From the NCBI RefSeq assembly GCF_006345805.1, contig NC_043003.1, positions 32,364,001 to 32,428,000 of the forward strand: a stretch of DNA of 64,000 nt, read 5' to 3'. Under the pieces are notes generated by a model. That model did no database searches and had not been told where the DNA came from. It saw only the letters and a list, made by a program, of their open reading frames with translations. Source of the DNA: Octopus sinensis. Its lineage: Eukaryota. Each line of letters opens with the position of its first letter. Positions within the stretch are counted from its first letter, which is position 1. Below are positions 25,810-38,900 of this stretch, in pieces. A program made the position numbers and the translations under genes.

Positions 25810-28800
25810 GAGAAAGAGATAGAGAGGAGGAGAGAGAATTGTAAGATTAAACGATAAATTCATAGATGCAGAATGAGATAGACTGGAAACTAGAGAGCCA
25901 GTAAATATACCCAAAGAGAGATTTAAGTTTTGAATGTTGATATGTTTCTACATCTAAATTCCAAGACAGTTTTCGATGCTAATGCTTCTGTCCAATACAT
26001 TTATTATTAAGTATTCAATACGTGAATGCAATATCTGCAGCAGCGTACTCTAAAAAATGCAATCCAATTGACATCAACAATTTTACACTGAAATTTCTCT
26101 TGGGATAATTATCTGCAGTAGACTTGCTTCATTTATAATATTCAAGTTGGATAGTAAAGTAAATAAAGAAATAAAACTATAAGACAGATAATAGAATATT
26201 ATCGTAAATACCTATGTGTCCAGAGATAATTTCGAAGCCAGCGCATACAATAAAATTTATAAACTAATAGCTGCATATTTTCTTATTTCTTTTTACATCC
26301 TATGAATTCTGTTCAGGCGGAAGAAAAGACAATAAAACTTAAATAATCTTCTTTCATATTCAGCAGGATTCACAAAAGGAAAATATTGGCATATAATTTT
26401 TCCCTTTGTCACTTGCTTTGCTTTGGATAAGAGGAAATATTTATTGAAAGAATTTAACTAAACAGAAACTATTAAAAAAAAAACAATACATACTTTTTCT
26501 TCTTTTGGTGATAATCAGTATATTTACTTGTTTAAAATGGTGTTCTATATTACAATACAACTAACCAATATATAACTCTAGCAAATAGACAATACAATCA
26601 TACACAAACATGTAAACAGAGGCACGAATACACACATGCACGCACGCATATATTCACAAATATATATATATAAGAAACGGGTAACAAACATCTTGATGGA
26701 TGTCCATAATCTTATCTACTTAACAAAGTACGATTTCCATACACATTATATACATACATATACTTTTTAATTTTCACATATATGTGGACGGTAGGTGTGC
26801 ATGCGTTTGTCTGGGTGTATTTACCTATGTATGCAATGCTGTGAAATCATTAGAGGATCGAATAAATTTTCCCGTCGTAGTTATTTCAGCTATTTGCATT
26901 CTCAGTTCTCATCCGGTCTAGACCAACTTTGTTGTCATCTTTTCTGGATCAATAGAATAATACTGGGGGCGATTTTAAACGATTGTTCGATCGTTTCCTC
27001 CTTCAAAACATATGGTCTCTTAGTATAAACAACACAGAATAGTACTTAAATAGATGGGAACTTACATTGCGCTCTCTTCGTTCAGATCTAGCGTCAGTGT
27101 AGATTAAATTTAAGAATAATCCTTATCAACCTGTTATGAAGGAAGGAAGACTGCGAAACACTGTTGGACTTCAGTTGTATATTTATATGGAGTTCAGAGT
27201 ACCGATTACAGAGCAAAGAAAGCAAACGTACATCTATACTTATGTTTACTTTACTGTTTCACAGCAATGGACTGTTACTGAACACCAGCCTTTGATGCAG
27301 AATCTATTCGGAAATTATGCACAATAAAGCGAAAAGACTGTATCCCACATCTTATAGTGTTTATTTCGGGTTAAGAGATTTTATGATCAGTAGTCACCAG
27401 CATAATTTCGAGAAAGAACTGAAGAAAAGTAACTAAAATACTCTAGAAGTATATTAAAGAAACAGAATGCCAATAGAAATATATGTAAATGGAACACCCA
27501 AACTTCCCCTGTGCCTTGTGATATGGATGAAGCGTTGAATTAAAAAGAATACAAGACATAGTGCTATAACGCGATTTCAGTCAATCCTGTAACTTTGTTG
27601 ATGTCAATTGGATTATATTTTTTAGAGTACGCTGCTGCACATATTACATTCACGTATTGAATACTTAATAAGAAATGTATTGGACAGGAGCATTAGCATC
27701 GAAAACTGTCTTGGAATTTAGATGTAAAAACATATCAACATTCACAACTTCAATTTCTCTTTGTGTATATTTACTGGCTCTCTAGTTTCCAGTCTATCTC
27801 ATTCTGCATCTATGTATTTATCGCTTAATCTTCCCGCAAAGATTATTGCCAGGCAGCTTGTCGAAAGAAATAATTGTTTTAATATGGTTATATTTATGCA
27901 GGAAGGCAACGGGTACAGAATTTAGACTGCTCCTCAGAGCTGAGAGTTTCGTATTGGTGTGAACTGCACTTACATTGAATGGTGCATTTGTTTGTTAGGT
28001 GGCACAAGTCATTAGAGGATATTAGTGTGGGTACTATTTATAATTTAAAGATAGGGACCCAGCACCCTCACCAACACCTAAATGCACCCCCTATTGGATT
28101 ATTTATAGGGAACAAAATAGCATTTGTTATCTAATCATGAGTGACGATTTCTCTTTGCGTATGTCGCTACTAAGCATGAGGTATCCAAATGGTGCTGAGC
28201 GTTTATCTTGGTCAAAACTGAAAACAAAATAAATATAATTTCTCAAGTATCCCCCTTTGTATTACGTTCTTCAATGGTTAATAAATGGATATTTCTATGA
28301 TACTGAAAGCAAATTATACGCCTGTTACTCTCCAATCATAACCCTCCTTTTTCGACAATTTAAATAGTATTTATATTTAAATGGAGAATATTGCCAAATT
28401 TCTCCCGAGGATTTTAATTACTATTAATTACATTTGCAATATTTTAATGTGGAGAATTGATATTTATTGCAAACAACTAAAACAAACTTAGAAAGCTAAC
28501 ATATGTTGGTAGTACTTTATCTTTGCTTCCTTCTCATCAATTTATTTATTATTTTAATTATTCCAGATATAAACTAAATTATGAAGAGTAAAACTTTTAT
28601 GAAATAATATTCATTTCTAAGATATACACAAGGGTACAAATTCGAGAGCTTTCGAATAATCAAACAAAACAATGTCTACATCTTTCAAGGCATTGCTGTG
28701 GTCAATTAACCGAAACAAAACAAATAAAAGATACTTTTCTAAAAAATTTTAATTCATAATGCACCTAGGGAGAAACATGTTGGTCAAACCGTGGCAATGG

Positions 28801-28890
28801 TAGCAGACACTTACAGATGTTGCTGGGCAGTGGGATCTCACAAAAAACAACATGGTTGAAACGCTAACTACTTATACACACTTAAGTGAC

Positions 28891-29091
28891 CTTGTATCAG
28901 TCATTTGACTGCAGCCATGCTGGAGCACCGCCTTTAGTCGAGAAAATCGACCCCAGAACGTATTCTTTGTAAGCCTAATACTTATTCTATCGGTCTCTTT
29001 TGCCGAACCGCTAAGTTACGGGGGCGTAAACACACCAGCATCTGTTGTCAAGCGATGTTGGGTGGACAAACACACACACACACATTTACAA

Positions 29092-29165
<74 letters not shown>

Positions 29166-29325
29166 CGACGGGCTTCTTTTCAGTTTCTGTCTACCAAATC
29201 CTCTCACAAGGCTTTGATCGGCCCGAAGTTATAGTAGAAGACACTTGTCCAAGTTGCTTCGCAGTGGGACTGAACCCGGAACCATGTGGCTTGTAAGCAA
29301 GCTACTTACCACACAACCACTCCTG
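28891..29325 (-). mobile_element. tRNA-derived SINE (family 1)
   Basis: Reverse-complement similarity to 11914-12376. Confidence 0.85.
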
Positions 29326-29460
29326 ACCCGAGGTAAATGAAAAATAAAATTTGCGGCAATGAAGTGTGAACCCAAATAGTAAAGTGGCATAACTAAGCAT
29401 CATAACCAATTTTTTCCTGCAAACTTGATTCTTTGATTATGCGAGACCATTTTTACATGT

Positions 29461-29492
<32 letters not shown>

Positions 29493-29599
29493 AATGGACT
29501 CATCCGTCAAAGACGACGTATGAGAGTTCTGTTTTTGAACGACCTGCAGAAATGATTTGTTAATAGTGATCAAATATATATGTTTACATTAGCTCAATC

Positions 29600-29797
29600 C
29601 TTCCAGCAAATCAATGTTACCTGAACAGGTTTACCGTGTGGTGCCGTGTACCAGGCTTCAGGTATCGAAGTGATCGCAGAGCAACGTGAGATGAAATGTT
29701 TTGCTCAAGAACACAATGCATCATCCGATCTAGGAATTGAAACCACGATCTCTCTCCATCGTGAGTGCAGCAACTTAACCACTAAGTTATGCGCCCT
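29600..29797 (-). mobile_element. tRNA-derived SINE (family 3), diverged
   Basis: GCTCAAGAACACAA...GGAATTGAAACCAC...TTAACCACTAAG matches 8690-8775. Confidence 0.65.
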
Positions 29798-32700
29798 GTT
29801 ATATGCATGTTACGTATAAAAATGTATATGTATGTTGCCCTGAGTGTGTATATGTATTTAAGTATGTACACATATAAGCTACCATAAACATTTCTGAATA
29901 CTACACAAAATGACATATTCAGCAGGAGTGAGATTATTTAATTTATAGACCTGAAAAGTTTTATGTATTTCTTCAAACGACTTTCATGTTCATCAAGGAC
30001 TGACGATGAAATGCAATTATGTTTGGCCTTATATTGTCAGGTTTCCTCCTGAAGACGTGCTTAAATCTGCTACCGAGAAGAGTTTTAAATTTATATTATG
30101 TGCGACGAAAGAAATTTGGTTATAGAAAATACTGGTAAAATAAGATAAGATAGCATGAAATTCTGACCCCATAAAAGTGTCAAGCTGAGATATTTTAGAA
30201 CCATAAGTGTATTGTAAACTGACGTAGGGAAACCATAAATATATTATAGCCAGAACAACTTTTGCGCCGATATCCGTTTACAAAATATCTAATACTCATA
30301 TAAAATAAGTTCGGAATCTCTTTTGTATTGTAAATGGCAAGATTAACCTATAAACTTCAGTAGCAATGATGATGCTTATCATAACATATTCGTTTGTAAC
30401 ACATTTTTCGTTATGCTCACCATAATAATCTTAAATTAGCTAAAGATATTATTGATATCTCAATTCGATCGGAAACAGAAAATAGTAATAATATAATTAT
30501 ATTCTTTATATTATATATTATGTTTCGTAGACTACATAAATGTGGCATATATTTTTTCTGTTAATGTCCGACTGGTATTAACTATAACTTATATACTACT
30601 AATTAGTCTAGAACAGGCACCTCACATTAACTAGACATTAAATATTAAATTAAAGATGAAAAATTCTTTGATATATGGTTTTACGTTCACTGCAAGTGTA
30701 TTAATTTTGCATATGTATATAGTGATATCTCACTACAGTGAGTTGCAATTCACCAAAGTTTAGCCTGTGGGAATATATTTATAAAGATACTTGAGTTGTT
30801 GAATAAAGCTGACACATTTTCTTCAGCACTTTCGCTATCAACTTTAACATTAGAAATATATATTGAAAATCATAAATCTTCAAGTAGATCTCATTAAAAC
30901 ACATTGTCTTTGATTACAAAGCCTAACGTAATTCTTTATTTTGTTCGTTATCACCGTAATTCTGCTCTCCAGAGTTCGTAAAATTCAACAACAAAGATCT
31001 TTACTGCCAAAACAATTCGGAAATTCTTTAGCTCTGTGATGATCAAGGCTAAGCAATTTCCATATATCTATTAATTTACTGAGTCTATGTGTACATCTAC
31101 CACATCACAATAATCTACCTAGTGTACTGTATTAAATATGTTGGTATTGATTGATAGTTACTTTTAATAATGCATAACAGCTTTTGAGATTCAAACGTAC
31201 AATTCAACTTTGTCAGTCTACAGATACAAAATGGTTTCTTTTCACCACTACCAAAAGAAACGTACTATAACTAAATATTAACAACTTCATTTAACTTTGT
31301 ATCCCTAGTTCAGAATATTTTACAGTGGGTGTTGAATAATTTTTTCTAACTTGATGGAATAGTTCCTGCCAATATACGTTCAATTGTAGCATTTGATCTT
31401 TATGTTTATTTATGTAGATCTGGAAATGTCGTAGATGGCTGAAGCTTGGACAGGCCGAACTACCAGCTAAATAGTGAAAAATTTATATCTTTGGACATTT
31501 ACTGACTAAATCTACCTACATGAAATATATGCTGTTGCATGGTATTGAGTTTATAAAACGTGGTTTCTATTAATGGGTTAGTCTTTTCATCGTCGAGCAA
31601 TCACTCAATCAGCTAGAAAAAGCCTGCAAATACCCTCTAATTGTACTGAATAGAAAATGGTATACTTGATAACATAGTTGCAAGTGCACTGTGCTTTGAA
31701 AACAGACAGAATGACCATGGATATAATGCCTCTCATCATAGGACAACTTGGCAGGGGCTTATTTTGGGCGGATTATCAAAAACATGTCAGTGCAGTTATC
31801 ATTAGAGACACTGTGATTGATAGATGGTTTCTTACTCATATCACTTAGAAGATTATTGAAACTCATTCGATGTTTTGTACACAGAAAATTATGCGATGGT
31901 TAGTATTCCGGTTCATACAGATCAACAAGACAGGTCTCTGTTAGAGATGTTTTTTTTCTTTGAATAAGGTATTGACTATTTGAGATTCCATATTTGCAGG
32001 CCATTTATTCATATCTAAATATTTTCCAACGAAGAGCCAGCTAGAAAACTTTTGCAGTAGAACATATCAGCTAAGCATATTGCATAGTGTTGATGGTGGA
32101 GGTGAAGGTATGAATATGATATAATATTGACTGGGCCCATCTTGCTTGCATATGCTGCTAGCTAAAACTAAATCTATTGGTCTATAGAAATATAAGGATC
32201 CGTGGTAAGAATATGTCAGACTTATCATATATTACTCTTTACAATTCATCCCTACATTTCAGAATGGGAAGTATTGGCTTCAGATAAACAAGGATGTCTA
32301 ATATCTAGAAAATCTGTTTGATGTGCCGAGTTGCTCTGTCGACTTCTGGCATGTCATATAACAGATCTGTTCTGAGGCTACACAGCAATAACAAGGACGG
32401 CGATGAAGACAAAGACGATAACAAGAACAGTAGCAGCAGTGAAATATTATTCAATGTTATTGCGCCTTTGAGACAGAGATGTACGGTGATTTATTTCAAT
32501 TTAAATCTGGAATTATTGCACTCTCGGAGGTTTACTGCCAAACCAATGCCATGCAGGTTAAAAGGAACTGGTTACCAACTTCTTGATGGATGACCATAAT
32601 CTTATCTACTTAACAGAGTACGAGTTCCATACACATTATTGAAACTTACACCAACTTTTACGACAAGGAAAAAAAGGAATTATCATGAATTCTGAAATAT

Positions 32701-33587
32701 TAACAAAATTTTTCATTTCATAGTTGAAGAAAATTTTCGAAATGAAAGAAAGAAAAAAAGAGATTAGTAGCAGAAATTTAATATTTAACTCACCGGTTTG
32801 TGATGAAAATATAGCAAACATGAATGCTTTCCACTATTTCATTGTAATACACACTTTAATCCTTGTCATTCGAACACTCTCTAGTTCGTATATTGTACAT
32901 AGGTGCAAAAAAGACTGGTATAACTCATTCAGTATTGACAGCTAGTAACAACATAACTTATTACTTATAGAGTCTTGTTTCTGCTTATAACTGCATTTAT
33001 CACACGGTACCGTGTCTCGATACTGCTAGATGGAATAAACTAAAATAGAAACAATATCTTGGTTATGAACTAAATTACGAATGACGGTGTTGAAATTCTT
33101 AGTAAGTATACTGATTCATTTATTATTGATCTATTTGCCCTTTAACTATTAAAAATTATAAATTTTATTATCCACATTACGTGTGTCTCAACCATTTCTA
33201 AAGATGACTTTTGAAAAACACTGTCCGTTGATTCTGTAAAGGAAAATAACCACCTGCTTCATTATGGTCAGTATGTAGCAGGACACTTTAGTGTAGCACA
33301 ATATAAAACGGTCGGATATGTGTTGCAAAGATATCCTAATAAAAATATGTTTCTGAATATTTGAATTTAATTAAAACTGAACGGTTCTAACACGAAGGAA
33401 TTTTGGATATAAATTGTTTAAGAACAGGAAATCCTTTTTTTTTAAGTATCAAGTGGTATTTCCAAGTTTTTCCTATGTCGGAATAGTGCTTATCCTTAAA
33501 TATAACTAATCATTTTGTGTAGGATGGTAATTATTTTGTCACAGTTACGAATAAATACACAAACACGCACAGATATATATTATATAT

Positions 33588-33620
<33 letters not shown>

Positions 33621-34689
33621 TGGCATCCTTTCTGTCTCGGGAGACAATGGAGTTGCGCATGAAGTAGTCTAGTCCGGCTTTTATATTTCCTGTCCTGATA
33701 CATTTCCTGCTGTGGCTGTGTAGTCCTATCATTTCCTGCTGCTGATGATGATGATGAATATTAGTGGTCGAAAATAAACATTTTAAATAAACGTAGGCAA
33801 AAGAATGAAAAAAAAAAAAAATCTAATAATATATATATATAATATTAATAGTTATTGCCAAGCTAACATAGCAGTCCAGAAAAATAGGACGAATGCTGCC
33901 GTTGATTAGCTCCAATATGTCATCACCTCTAGCTAGCTATGTGACACAAACCTGTGTCCATTAAACCGTCGAAAGGGGAGGTTAGCAACTTCCCCTTGGT
34001 GGTCTGGCAACCACAGACTATGTGGAGTAGCCGAACCCAGCAGGCGTCGCTGCTGACCGATTGTTCGTGTATGTATATACATACATACACACACATATAT
34101 GTATATGTGTATATGTATACACGTATATATTCAAATCTTTCTCTGTCTCTTTCTCTGTTTAAATACATTTATATATTATTATTATCATCATCATCATAAT
34201 CATCATCATCATAATCATCATCATCATCATCGTCATCATTATTATAATCAAGGATAAAAGCTATACAGGATTTTATCAGGTAGCTAGCATGTAATACTTT
34301 TTAGGTATAAATTAATACAGTTATATAATTTTTTATAGAAATTATAAGTGCAAACTAAACTGTAGTACCACATGCTAGAAGAAGATGTCAAATGACCTAG
34401 GGTCTCTTGATATCTTCTTCTAGTATGTGGCACTACCATATAGTTTGCTCTTATTATAACTTATATGTTTGTGTGTGTGTTTGTGCGTGTGTGTGTTTGT
34501 GCGTGTGTGTGTGTGCGTGCGTATATGTGTGCGTGTGTGTTGGTGTGCAGGAAGTTTGAGTTAAATTTGACGATTGGTTATGTTCCCTTTTTCAGGAAAG
34601 CTTCTTCTATTGGTGAACTGTCAACGGCGTTGAAGAACATAACAATTAAAGGCGTAATTGAGAAAAGTTAGCTGTTATGGAGGACTGGA

Positions 34690-35340
34690 AGCCATCAGAA
34701 TATTGGAAAAGATTTATTTGTATCATGATGATTTAAACCCGACATCTAATTGCCGACACCACGGCTGCTGGGGCCAATACTATGTGAACTGTATAAAGTT
34801 TGTAAGACGTGACATGGAGAGCTGCAACTGAGATTACAAAGCTGTGGGTAGCAGTAAAGTATTCACCAAATGTTCTGACTGCAACTTCACGCCGGAATTC
34901 CGCACCATATCTTTGAACAGGCCCTTAGACTTTATTCAGACGGCTATATGAAGCTGCTGGAGGTTGTTGTCGGTCCCTGACGGGAAAGGTTTACTGTTGT
35001 GAAGGCCATACGTCTGGCAGCAGGATTTGATGCCTTGCCATACCTCTGGAAACATATGACAAGGAAGCAATTATCAGAGAGTTTCTATGACGTCTCATGC
35101 CCTAAGTTCATGCCTCCTAATTATCCCGATTGTAATTTCATTAAATATTGTTTTCCCACATACGGTTGAGTAAAACACCAGCTTCTTGGCCTAGAACCCC
35201 AAACCCGAGCTGGTGGTCAACGTCAAGGTGTTCCCAAGAACACAGTGAGAAACGCATGTGCAAGTATCCGGAGCCGTCTTGGTGCTACAAAAGCTCAAAA
35301 CGACTAGTTTATTAAATTGTTATTTTTCAGCCATGACATA
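34690..35340 (+). pseudogene. Tc1/mariner transposase C-terminal remnant
   Basis: RPYVWQQDLMPCHTS (second catalytic D motif QQDxAPxH) and, in another frame, KFMPPNYPDCNFIKY (FWPPNSPDCNP motif); stops and frameshifts. Confidence 0.75.
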
Positions 35341-35464
35341 CATGAGATATACTTTTTAAGTATTTTTTTTTTTTGAATTTTCAGAATACAATAAATTTTT
35401 TAGTAGGCATTGTTTTCTTTCTTTCTATGGAAACTGAAATTTAGCCCGAAACCCCTGTATATAG

Positions 35465-35499
<35 letters not shown>

Positions 35500-35509
35500 T
35501 GTATGTATG

Positions 35510-35562
<53 letters not shown>

Positions 35563-35582
35563 CTCTATCTATCTATATATAA

Positions 35583-35760
35583 ACAACTTATAAATAAGAG
35601 CAAAAGAAAAGATTTATAATGCCAAATATGCCAAAATTGGACATATAGATATAGCTATATGGTTATATTGTCCATAACTATTATATGGTTATGGACAATA
35701 TGTCCAATTTCGGCATATTTGGCATTAGAAATTTTTTCGTTTGCCCTTATTTATAAGTTG

Positions 35761-35761
<1 letters not shown>
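35583..35761. mobile_element. MITE-like palindrome between TA-rich microsatellites
   Basis: Arms of about 62 bp (ACAACTTATAAATAAG... / ...CTTATTTATAAGTTGT) plus an internal hairpin ATTGTCCATAAC / GTTATGGACAAT. Confidence 0.6.
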
Positions 35762-35833
<72 letters not shown>

Positions 35834-35855
35834 AAATATGTATATATACGTATAG

Positions 35856-35895
<40 letters not shown>

Positions 35896-35927
35896 ATGTG
35901 TATATATATATATATATGTGTGTATGT

Positions 35928-35992
<65 letters not shown>

Positions 35993-36058
35993 GTATGTAT
36001 ATATATGTATATATGTCGATATATCTATATCTATATCTATATCTATCTCTCTATCTAG

Positions 36059-36150
<92 letters not shown>

Positions 36151-37649
36151 ATAAAACAATGACACTATACTTACGATATAGAATCAACTTCGTTTTCAAT
36201 TTGTCTAGCTCTAATATGATTCGCATTCACACATTTAAAGTAAAACGACAAATAATTATTTACTGTATTCACATTTTACACAGTAGACAAAGGTTTCGAT
36301 TATTCCAAGGTGACCTATATCCTTAAACTAAAGATCAATATTGATTTAAGCAGCTTAAAAGTCTCTCTGACAAAAATTAAATCGATTTCCATACTCTTAA
36401 TATAATCCTTTATTTCTTAAGAATGAAGAGATAAAGTGGAAACAATGGCAGCAGAAAGAAGAACAACAACTGCAGCAACAACAACCACAACAACAACAAC
36501 AACAACGAAAACAACAACAACAACAACAGTAGCACCAACTGCAATTGCCGTTATTTTTGTATATTTTTTAACATTTATATCTTTTCCGATTATATATAGT
36601 AGTATATTGTTTATTTTTCTCATACGTCATGGTTTATATCAGCGGAATGATTCTTTAAGCCAAATGTTTGATAAGAAATTCCAATTCCAGTTGGCAATCA
36701 TTCATTATAGTTAGAAAACATTTCCCCATCTTCCAATAAACGTATTACTATTGATGGCTTAAGCGGCAACTTCGTTGACGTGTATATAACTGTCTTTGCT
36801 GCAGCGTTATTGGAATTATGGGGTTACAAGATGGTAGTGTAGAATAGTTTTCTCTTTTTTATTTCATAACAATTTGATATGAGCTTAAAGCTGGATTCAA
36901 ACTAATTTATCTTTCCAGTGTTTATCAAATAGACTGTAATAAAGGCAGAATAGCAATGAGGAAAGGTTTCCATTTGATAGAAGTGAAAAAAAAAGATTGT
37001 TGTTTTCTTTTCCGGACGAATACAGTAAAGTGTCGTAATCAGTTGTATCAAAATACTCAACCGGAATGCCAGTAGTCTGGTATACCAGAGACGTAACTAT
37101 TACATCACTCGAGAACATTTGAAAACGAAGATTATAGGAGATCTGTTAGAACACCCAGGATGCAATTGTGCTGTTCTTTTCATATCCTTTTAGCAGATGG
37201 ATGTGAAAATAATGTAAGGAAAACTAGACATGTACTCTGCTTCATTAAAAGAAGGCTGTGCAATGTTCGTATCTACTTTGAAAAATGGACTTAGCATTTT
37301 GTACTCCTCTAACATGCAACATGACTCCGTAGTTTAACGTACTAACTGACCCGAGCCTCCAAAATTGCAAGAAATATATCACTAAACAAAATGTTTTCGT
37401 TAGAAAATAACATGAAAGGAATAATATACCACATGTGACAATGACATATCAGGAAGATTAAAAATGTCCGATATAAGCTACTCTAATCCTAATCCAAATC
37501 ATTTTGTTAGTCTTTGCAAACTGATATACCAAAACCAGTTACACTGAGATTTGGATTCGGCGAGAGATATACATTAAGGAATATTTGTTTTATCATCATT
37601 ATTTGTAAAGAAGTAATAATCATTTCTATTATAGGTACAAGGATTGGAA

Positions 37650-37822
37650 CTTTAGGAATAGGGGATAGTGGATTACATAGACCCCAGTGCTCAAGTAGTA
37701 CTTATTTCGTCGATTTCGAAAGGCAAGGTCCACCTTGACGAAATTTAAACTCCGAACATAAACATGGACGAAATACCGCTAAACATTTTGCGCGATGTGC
37801 CTAACGACTCTGCCAACTCACC
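37650..37822 (-). mobile_element. SINE family 2, degenerate
   Basis: Similarity to 19130-19302. Confidence 0.6.
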
Positions 37823-37917
37823 AAATGGAAACGTATCGTAATAAGAATAATGCAGTATATGTCCGAGTTAACTCATGAGTTACAGATTGTGTATATGATA
37901 CTAATATTATCTTCTCT

Positions 37918-38100
37918 AAGGCGGCGATCTGGCAGAATCGGAAGCAGGCCAGACAAAATTTTTAACCGCATTTTGTCCATCTTTGCGTTCTAAGTCAAAT
38001 TCCACTAAGATCTACTTAACGTTTTATTTTTTGGGGGGTCGATAAAATCAGTATCAACAGAGGACCGCTCTCGATGTAGTCGATTATTCCATACCCCAAA
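37918..38100 (+). mobile_element. SINE family 2, degenerate
   Basis: AAGGCGGCGATCTGGCAGAATCG head, GGGTCGATAAAAT core. Confidence 0.6.
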
Positions 38101-38494
38101 ATTTCAGGCCTTGTACCTTTAATAGAAAAGATTATTGTATTCTCTGTACAAGAAATGTATCTATATATTAGAGTGCCCTTCATGAAAAACGAAACGAACA
38201 TCTATAAATTTAAGTCACCCGTTGACCCAAGGTGTCAAAGAATATTTTCAGAATTAGTTTGAAGATGTTTTGTTCGCTTTAATAAACACATATTGCGAGA
38301 TGCCTTTCTTTTTCCACAGATATTAGGCTGATAATTGAATGTTATACTAACGGATTACCACACATGAATCATATGATAATATATCAGGACAGATATTCAA
38401 CTACGTATTGTTAACAGTTTTAAATCTGACATAGATGGCAAAAGGTTAAAATAGTTTCATACATCTGTTCACCTAAAGTTATTCATTTCTTTTA

Positions 38495-38900
38495 TATTTC
38501 CGGTATGCAAATTAGGGACTCCATCATAGAATAACTGCTGTCATTGTTGAGTATATATAGAGTTTATTGAGCGGTTAAAAATTTCAAGTATGCATATTAG
38601 TGACTCCTTCCTAGAGTAACTGCTGTCTTTGTTGAGTATATATAGAGTTTATTGAGCGGTTAAAAATTTTCGGTATACAAATTAGGAACATCATCATAGA
38701 ATAAATGTTGTCTTTGTCCAGTATATATAGTTTATTGAGCGGTTAAATATTTTCAGTATGCAAATTAGGGATTCCATCAAAGAATAACTGCTGTCTTTGT
38801 TCAGTATATATAGAGTTTATTGAGCGGTTAAAAATGTTCGGTATGCAAATTATGGACTCCATCATAGAATAACTGCTGTCATTGTTGAGTATATATAGAG
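38495..38900 (+). repeat. 85-bp minisatellite, about 4.8 copies
   Basis: GTAT(G/A)CA recurs at 38503, 38588, 38673, 38756 and 38841 (periods 85, 85, 83, 85). Confidence 0.9.

Noticed and set aside
26679-26748. 70-bp sequence repeated at 32570-32639
   Set aside because: Most simply the tail of a common interspersed repeat; no further structure seen.
29990-30110. CTGACGA and CTGAAGA motifs
   Set aside because: No matching GAAA strand or stem pairings in any strand order.
36720-37330. Possible degenerate DNA transposase sequence
   Set aside because: No motif could be assigned with confidence.
38495-38900. Regular repeats as a CRISPR-like array
   Set aside because: The units are contiguous tandem copies with no unique spacers, and the context is eukaryotic.
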